Source of the DNA: Methanobacteriota archaeon
GTDB lineage: Archaea; Undinarchaeota; Undinarchaeia; Undinarchaeales; Undinarchaeaceae
Assembly: GCA_002687935.1 (NCBI GenBank)
Contig: NZBN01000002.1
Coordinates: 7,394 to 71,393, forward strand
Length of the DNA: 64,000 bases
Direction of reading: 5' to 3'
Numbering within the stretch: the first letter of the stretch is position 1; each line of letters begins with the position of its first letter. The notes below the pieces were generated by a model. The model saw only the letters and a list, made by a program, of their open reading frames with translations, did not search any database and had not been told where the DNA came from. The position numbers were made by a program, and so were the translations under genes. Shown one piece after another: positions 57,858 to 64,000 of this stretch.

Positions 57858-58930
57858 ACTCTCTTAAACAAGTCCTCAAGAATGTGTCTTTTCTCTACAT
57901 AGAGCATTACTATTGCCTGCGCGAGTCCCAAAACGAGAGGGCCGAGAATTATTCCCTTGAAGCCCATTACAAAGGGTCCGCCAAAGAAACCAAGCAATAT
58001 CAGCAGAGGGTGGATATCTGCATCTCTCCTCACAAGTTTTGGCCTTATGTAGAAATCAGGAACTATGGTTAGTATTAAAGAGCCGTATATTAAAATTAGA
58101 ATTCCTGCCATAGTTCCTCCGGGTAGAAGCGCCATATACCATAGCCCCATTGGAACATACATCAGCCACGGACCTATCAGAGGCAGGAAGGACACAACAA
58201 ACATCATTCCTACAAGGAAACCAAGAGTTATCAGAGGTGGTCTTAAAATAACCCAGAAACCAACAGCGGCCAGACCTGCAATAATTACAGATGTAAGAAG
58301 ATGCCCTATGAACAGTCCATAGAAGATTTTGTCAACAGTTGACATAAGTTCATGGAGAAATTTCTCTCTTGTTGGGACGTGCTTCTTTATGAGTTCCATC
58401 AGTCTTGGACCCTCATATAGGAAGTAGAAAGTTGCCACAAAGAATAGTGCAAGGCTTATAGAAGTCTCAAGGAACCAAGTAGGTTGTGTTACCTGTGTCC
58501 ACAGAGCATCAGTTGCTGAGGTGATAAGCCTCCCCAACTCTGAACCTAGGCGTTCACTTACAACGCCGAAGCCTGCCGAATCCAGACCGCTTTTCAGACC
58601 TTCAGTAAAACTTCCAGATTGAATCATACCGAAGTTTTCAATCAGCCACTGAAGAATAACATTCAGACTATATACCATAATATAAATTACAGGAAGTGCT
58701 ACCAGGAGAACTGAAGTGAGACAGGCGCTAAGATATTTTTTACCTGCTTTCCGATTGCCTCCACTAAGATAACCCGCCAGTGGATAGATTATATAGGCCA
58801 TTGCAAAGCTAACGAGAAGAAGGCCTATAAAATTCCACATAACTAAAGCTGCGCCACCAATTATTGATAGGAGTATAAAAATACCAACAAATCTCCATTT
58901 ATGAGCTGCCATAAACATCAATAAGTACAT
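57854..58930 (-). CDS. AI-2E/UPF0118-family membrane transporter-like protein
   Basis: 358 aa with about eight TM helices. Confidence 0.5.
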   Translation of the reverse strand: MYLLMFMAAHKWRFVGIFILLSIIGGAALVMWNFIGLLLVSFAMAYIIYPLAGYLSGGNRKAGKKYLSACLTSVLLVALPVIYIMVYSLNVILQWLIENFGMIQSGSFTEGLKSGLDSAGFGVVSERLGSELGRLITSATDALWTQVTQPTWFLETSISLALFFVATFYFLYEGPRLMELIKKHVPTREKFLHELMSTVDKIFYGLFIGHLLTSVIIAGLAAVGFWVILRPPLITLGFLVGMMFVVSFLPLIGPWLMYVPMGLWYMALLPGGTMAGILILIYGSLILTIVPDFYIRPKLVRRDADIHPLLILLGFFGGPFVMGFKGIILGPLVLGLAQAIVMLYVEKRHILEDLFKRV

Positions 58931-58943
58931 ATATTTAAAAGCC

Positions 58944-59966
58944 TTGTTATTTCCTATGCGAAAAGAAAAAACACTTTTTAGTGCTAAAGTTATAATTCCC
59001 TTAGTATTAATTATAGTACTTGCAGTCTTTATTTTCTGGAATTTCTACACACCGGAAATGCAAAGGAACGAGCTTGTACTTAAAATGACAGCAAATATTT
59101 CATATTCAAATACAATCCCAATATTAAGTGAAGGAGATTCTGCACTTCCTTCAAATCTTTCAGTTGTGACTTATAACATTCCCTCTGATTTTCCGACACA
59201 AGAAGTCCTTGCAATAGGAATAAGTGAAACCTATTCTTTGCAGACAGATAAATTTGGAAACGTTTATAAAAAACTGATATTTCAGGAGCCGATGATTGGT
59301 GACAATTCCTATAGTTTGTGGGCAGTGGTGGAAGTTTTACCAATAGAGTTTGAAATAAATCCTTCCTCTATTGGGGATATTGAAGGAGTTCTTCCGGAAT
59401 ATCGAGAAGCGAGTGCAATGATACAAAGTGATTCTCCCTCTATACTCCTGCTTGCAGAAGAAATAACAAAAGGCTCCGAAACAGAGTTTGATGAAGCAAT
59501 TGATATCACTCACTGGGTTTACAATAATATAAGCTATGATAGTGCATACATAAACATAACAAAGGATGCTTTGTGGACATATGAAAATCGAGTAGGTGTC
59601 TGTACTGAATATTCTCACTTAACTATAGCTCTTATGAGAGCAAGAGGAATTCCTGCCAGAATAGCTTACGGAGCGGCTCCATATGATTATCCAGCTGGAT
59701 GGCTTGCGCATACCTGGGTAGAAGCCTACTTCAATGGAACATGGTATCCGTTCGACCCAACTTGGGACTTAGCAGGACAACTAGATGCAACGCATATAAA
59801 AATGGCCTCCTTACCAGATCAGTCCTATGTTTTCATAAATGTAAGTTTAAGTGGAATAGATATTGACCTTGGAAGTCTTGAGCAGTCAAAACTTCAGGTT
59901 GAAATTATTAATTCAGAAGAAGAAAGCCCAAAACTTGACTGGGAAATATTAAGAAAATTAGCCTGA
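58944..59966 (+). CDS. Transglutaminase-like cysteine protease-domain protein with N-terminal TM anchor
   Basis: Transglutaminase core GVCTEYSHLTIALMRARGIPAR, with a His/Asp downstream. Confidence 0.7.
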   Translation: MLFPMRKEKTLFSAKVIIPLVLIIVLAVFIFWNFYTPEMQRNELVLKMTANISYSNTIPILSEGDSALPSNLSVVTYNIPSDFPTQEVLAIGISETYSLQTDKFGNVYKKLIFQEPMIGDNSYSLWAVVEVLPIEFEINPSSIGDIEGVLPEYREASAMIQSDSPSILLLAEEITKGSETEFDEAIDITHWVYNNISYDSAYINITKDALWTYENRVGVCTEYSHLTIALMRARGIPARIAYGAAPYDYPAGWLAHTWVEAYFNGTWYPFDPTWDLAGQLDATHIKMASLPDQSYVFINVSLSGIDIDLGSLEQSKLQVEIINSEEESPKLDWEILRKLA

Positions 59967-61172
59967 TTATTTAGGTCTATATCTCAAAAAGGCTCCAATA
60001 CCTGTACCCATACTGTAGAATTGAATGCCGAGCTGAGTTGAAGTTCCGATTATTTCCACTGAACTACCCATTGTATTTGCAAGCTCTGTCAGCTCATCAG
60101 CAATATCTATATTCTCCGCTTCAGGTTCCAGAGCCATTTCACATCGACTGCAACTTTTTATATCAACATATTCCTTTCCACATTGCTCGCATACATATAT
60201 TGATACTGGTTTGTCCAGTTTTTCAGAGATTAAGAGAGTTTCAACAGCACCTTGCTGCAGAAGGTCTTTTACATGGAGGTAGCCAATTGTTGCCAGACCT
60301 TTCTTTTTGGAAAGTTCTTCAAAATACTTTTCAAGTAATTTGTTCTCCTGAATTATTTCAGATTCTGCAATTATATCATCTGACTTGTGTAGCATTTCAT
60401 CAATTCCGGACTTTCCTGTATAACCTGTGTCTACAATCCCGAGAATTTTTTTGACAAGTTCCGGACGAAGATGCCCTGCATCAAGGAAATCATTCTTTGT
60501 AGGACCGGGACCGCCGAGTACAATTCCCTTAAGATTTTCTATATTTCCGAATTCTTTATTTGCCGCTTCAGATACTTTTTTGTAGAAATCCTGTGCCATC
60601 CCTTCAATTACGCGCTCAAACCTCTGTGCAGACTGACCCCCTGCTCTGAATTTTCCGGGAACAAGAGAATCGAGAGAAGCTAGTATTTCAATCCTCTTAC
60701 CTTTGAGGGTCCCTATATCTGCATCCCGTCTGTCTACGAGAATTATTCCATAAGTATCATGGTGCTCCAGTAGGTCAAGCAGAGGCTCTAAAACAAATGT
60801 TTTTGAGCACCTGTAGAGGTTGATACTAAGTTTTTCAGGCGGGATTATTGTTTCAATAAGATAGTCTGTCTGACCTTCACCTTCTGCCACATTCCCACAG
60901 AAAATTGCAAGACCATTTTCTGGGGTTTTTTTGAACAACCTTAATTCACCAATTATTTTCTCAAGAGAATTTGTGACGTGTTTTTTTGTTGCCTTGGATT
61001 TAATATTAGAGGCAGTTCCTATTTCGTCTGAAAGAAGACCGACAGTCTTGTTTAGGTCATAACCTGCAGAAATATAAACTGTAATGAACTCAGTATGCCG
61101 TCCCCTGAGTGCACCGAGATGCTTCAGCTTCTTTTTCATTTCAAATTCTTCATGTGCCATTATTCTATCCAC
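59967..61172 (-). CDS. prf1: Peptide chain release factor aRF1
   Basis: NIKS motif (ASNIKSK) and GGQ motif (RAGGQSAQRF). Confidence 0.9.
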   Translation of the reverse strand: MDRIMAHEEFEMKKKLKHLGALRGRHTEFITVYISAGYDLNKTVGLLSDEIGTASNIKSKATKKHVTNSLEKIIGELRLFKKTPENGLAIFCGNVAEGEGQTDYLIETIIPPEKLSINLYRCSKTFVLEPLLDLLEHHDTYGIILVDRRDADIGTLKGKRIEILASLDSLVPGKFRAGGQSAQRFERVIEGMAQDFYKKVSEAANKEFGNIENLKGIVLGGPGPTKNDFLDAGHLRPELVKKILGIVDTGYTGKSGIDEMLHKSDDIIAESEIIQENKLLEKYFEELSKKKGLATIGYLHVKDLLQQGAVETLLISEKLDKPVSIYVCEQCGKEYVDIKSCSRCEMALEPEAENIDIADELTELANTMGSSVEIIGTSTQLGIQFYSMGTGIGAFLRYRPK

Positions 61173-63568
61173 ACCTCTATTTCTTCGCCGACAATTATAG
61201 GTTCTCCCTTGCCTTTACCTGCTTCAACAGAATCTGCACGGGCTGCTCCCTTCAAATCCAAAAGAATGGGCTCCAAAAGCTTCTTGTCGCAATCAACTAT
61301 AACCTTACCTATCTCTTTCCCTAAAGATAATCCTTTCCCTTGTTTATACTGTCTGACCGCAGAAACTATGGAAACTAATAAATCCCCGGATGCTTCAGCT
61401 TCTTCATCTATCAAAGACTTGTCAAATTCAGGCCAGCTTTCAAGATGAATACTGTTCACATCACTTGTTTTGAAAAAAAGCTGATACAATTCTTCTGTTA
61501 TATAGGGCATGAAGGGCGCCATTATCTTTATGCACTGTATAGAAGCTTCATATAGAGCATGTTGAGCCCCACTACGTTCGTCCTTACCATATTTATCAGG
61601 ATTATACAGTCGGTCCTTAGCAATTTCAAGGTAGTTATCACAAAATGTACCAAGATAGAATGCCTCAGCAGCGCTCTTTACCTTTGAATACGAATATTTA
61701 TCAAAGGATTCTGTAGATTCTTTTACAAGCCTTGCGAGCTTGGAAAGTAGCCATTTATCAAGAACTCTGGATGCTTTTCTCCTTCCCTTATAATCTTCGA
61801 GATGCATATTGGCAAACTTCGTGGCATTCCACAGCTTATTTACAAATTTTACTCCGGTAACTAAATCCTTTTCTTGGAAAGGCATATCATCCCCGAGTTT
61901 TGAACCAGCAGCCCAGAAACGAAGAGCATCTGAACTATATTTTTCTATCATATCCTGTGGTCGAACAACATTGCCGCGTGATTTACTCATTTTTCTTCCA
62001 CGTGGATCGAGAGCCCAACCAGATATTGTAACATCCTTCCAAGGGATACTGTTTTCATGGAAATGGCTTTTTACGACTGTATTGAAGAGCCAAAATGCAA
62101 TGATGTCATGAGCCTGTGGCCTCAAATCCATAGGAAATAGCTTGTCTTTCAAATCCGGATGGAGCTCTATTGCAAGCTGAGGAGTCAGGGAAGAAGTTGC
62201 CCAGGTATCCAAAGTATCCTTTTCTGCTATGAAATCCTTACTTCCACATTTGCAGGATTTCTTTGGACTATCATTTAGTGGGTCTACAGGGAGGTCTTTT
62301 TCATCAGGGAGTAAAACTTCTTCACATTCAGAGCAGTACCAGACAGGAATGGGAACACCAAAATAGCGCTGTCGTGATATGCACCAGTCCCACTGAAGAC
62401 CACCAACCCAATTATCATAGCGATTTTTCATAAATTCAGGGTTCCAATTAAGCTGAGTTCCTATCTCAAGAAACTTATCCTTCAAGTGCAGATATTTTAT
62501 GAACCACTGTACAGAATTTATTATTTCAATAGAAGTGCCGCAGCGTTCGTGTGTATTTACAGCATGTTCTATCTCTTTTTGATTCTTGAGTAGATATTCT
62601 TTCTTCAAATCTGAAAGTATTTCTTTTCTTGCCTCATCTATACCCATTCCGGCATATTTCCCGGCGACTTCGGTCATTTTTCCATCCTTTCCAATCGATT
62701 CCACGAGCTCAAGATTGTGAGCAAGATACCACTCTATGTCAGTAAGGTCTCCGAAAGTGCAACACATTACAATTCCTGTTCCCTTTTCAGGGTCAACACG
62801 GCTATCTTCACGGATTTCAACTTCCTGACCAAAGAGAGGGACTTTTACCTTCCTTCCAATAAGCTTCTTTGATTTCTTGTCATCAGGATGAATAAAAATA
62901 GAAACGCAGGAAGGAAGAAGTTCAGGTCTTGTTGTAGATATTATTAAATCTGAACCATCATCTAATTTGAAAACAATATCATTGAAGGTGCTTTTAAGAT
63001 TTTTATCCTCCATTTCAACCTGGGAAACCGCCATTGTACATTTTGGACACCAAGTTACTGGAGCTTCCTTTCTATATTCATGACCTGCTTTATACAAATC
63101 AATAAAAGATTTTTGAGAGATTCTTCTGGAATGTTCATCAATTGTTGAGTAAAATAGAGACCAGTCACAACTGACTCCGATATTTTTCCAGTCCCGGATA
63201 TATTTTGGTCTTAAATCTTCCAGAACCTCCAAACATAGTTTGATAAATTTCTCCCTCCCGAGTTTTTCTGCTTTAACTCCTTTTATTTTCTCAACAAGCA
63301 GATTCGTTGCAATTCCATTATCATCAGTTCCAAAGGGATAAAATAAATTGTAGCCCCTCATCCTCTTATATCTGGCAATGAAATCCATCTGAGAGTAGGA
63401 AAATGCGTGACCGATATGCATTTCTCCTGAAACGGTAGGAGGGGGAGTATCTATCGAAAAAATTGGCTTTTTACTTTTAGGATCAAATTTGTAAATTCCC
63501 TCTGAGTCCCAGAACTCCTGCAGCCTTACCTCGGCTTCTTTTGGGTCGTATATTTTTTTCTCTGTCAT
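61160..63568 (-). CDS. valS: Valyl-tRNA synthetase
   Basis: HIGH-type MHIGHA, KMSKS and DTPPPTVSGEMHIGH...IARYKRMRGYN resembling archaeal ValRS. Length 802 aa. Confidence 0.8.
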   Translation of the reverse strand: MTEKKIYDPKEAEVRLQEFWDSEGIYKFDPKSKKPIFSIDTPPPTVSGEMHIGHAFSYSQMDFIARYKRMRGYNLFYPFGTDDNGIATNLLVEKIKGVKAEKLGREKFIKLCLEVLEDLRPKYIRDWKNIGVSCDWSLFYSTIDEHSRRISQKSFIDLYKAGHEYRKEAPVTWCPKCTMAVSQVEMEDKNLKSTFNDIVFKLDDGSDLIISTTRPELLPSCVSIFIHPDDKKSKKLIGRKVKVPLFGQEVEIREDSRVDPEKGTGIVMCCTFGDLTDIEWYLAHNLELVESIGKDGKMTEVAGKYAGMGIDEARKEILSDLKKEYLLKNQKEIEHAVNTHERCGTSIEIINSVQWFIKYLHLKDKFLEIGTQLNWNPEFMKNRYDNWVGGLQWDWCISRQRYFGVPIPVWYCSECEEVLLPDEKDLPVDPLNDSPKKSCKCGSKDFIAEKDTLDTWATSSLTPQLAIELHPDLKDKLFPMDLRPQAHDIIAFWLFNTVVKSHFHENSIPWKDVTISGWALDPRGRKMSKSRGNVVRPQDMIEKYSSDALRFWAAGSKLGDDMPFQEKDLVTGVKFVNKLWNATKFANMHLEDYKGRRKASRVLDKWLLSKLARLVKESTESFDKYSYSKVKSAAEAFYLGTFCDNYLEIAKDRLYNPDKYGKDERSGAQHALYEASIQCIKIMAPFMPYITEELYQLFFKTSDVNSIHLESWPEFDKSLIDEEAEASGDLLVSIVSAVRQYKQGKGLSLGKEIGKVIVDCDKKLLEPILLDLKGAARADSVEAGKGKGEPIIVGEEIEVWIE

Positions 63569-63608
63569 CCTGAAACAAATAGAGAATATGATATAAAAAC
63601 TTAGCCGG

Positions 63609-64000
63609 TCAGAGTCCAGTTATTTTTATTGGTTTTGGACTGTCGAAAGTTTTTAGAGTGGACTGGTCATGGTCTTTCATCGATATAACCATCCCATCTT
63701 CAGCCGCTATTGTCCTCACACCAGTAGTGTCATTTACTCTTTTAGCTTCACCAATAGGACCTACTTTTAGAATTCTGAGTCCGAAATAGCTCATTATAGC
63801 CAGTTTTGGCTTCACAGCCTCAACTAGTTTGATTATATCATCAGAACAAAGGTGATAAGGTATCCTCTCATGTCCGGGACGAGTTGCATTCATGATTAAA
63901 ACATCTGTACCCTTGAACTGCTCAGAAAGTCCGTCGAAAAATGAAGTATCAGAAGTGTAAGAGATTGTTCCACATTTTGCCTTCATTTTAAATCCTATTG
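63609..64000 (-). CDS. Metallo-beta-lactamase-fold hydrolase-like protein; N-terminus lies beyond the window end
   Basis: Only the C-terminal part is visible. Weak resemblance to the MBL C-terminal region. Confidence 0.3.
   Translation of the reverse strand, partial: IGFKMKAKCGTISYTSDTSFFDGLSEQFKGTDVLIMNATRPGHERIPYHLCSDDIIKLVEAVKPKLAIMSYFGLRILKVGPIGEAKRVNDTTGVRTIAAEDGMVISMKDHDQSTLKTFDSPKPIKITGL

Overview
This 64 kb window reads as a compact archaeal chromosome segment of roughly 40% GC, dominated by housekeeping genes. The archaeal assignment rests on the archaea/eukaryote-specific ribosomal proteins L32e, L19e, S4e, L14e, L31e and L39e, plus aRF1 with NIKS/GGQ motifs, GatD/GatE, Cbf5, Nob1, aSUI1, Rpp29, aIF5A and archaeal-type adenylate and CMP kinases. 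The centre (15.4-32.6 kb) is the conserved archaeal ribosomal-protein superoperon L3-L4-L23-L2-S19-L22-S3-L29-SUI1-Rpp29-S17-L14-L24-S4e-L5-S14-S8-L6-L32e-L19e-L18-S5-L30-L15-SecY-Adk-DUF106-Cmk-L14e-Cbf5-methyltransferase, ending in a tRNA-Ser. The flanks carry pyruvate-dehydrogenase E1 alpha (partial), LipA, a mevalonate-decarboxylase-family enzyme, Xth, TrxB, GatE/GatD, a polyprenyl synthase, FtsY, prefoldin alpha, L31e, an unlisted L39e, a second tRNA-Ser, 2,3-BPG-dependent phosphoglycerate mutase, archease-RtcB, a complete SufCUSDB operon with a regulator, RNase Z, a folate C1 cluster (MTHFS, GlyA, FolD), cation transporters, aIF5A and agmatinase, Nob1, aRF1 and ValRS. Many ribosomal proteins carry Lys/Glu/Pro-rich low-complexity tails. 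The most unusual locus is a 1.2 kb AT-rich islet just downstream of tRNA-Ser(GGA) at 32.7-33.9 kb. It contains a VRR-NUC nuclease, a 53-aa zinc-ribbon ORF and two tandem 111-nt units whose two hairpins (UUCG and GAAA tetraloops) are preserved between copies by several compensatory base changes, which points to a structured non-coding RNA. A second candidate accessory module is a P-loop ATPase with a winged helix followed by a zinc-ribbon protein at 46.6-48.5 kb. No CRISPR arrays, transposases or integrases were recognised. All calls are made by eye from the translations and motifs, with no database searches run.
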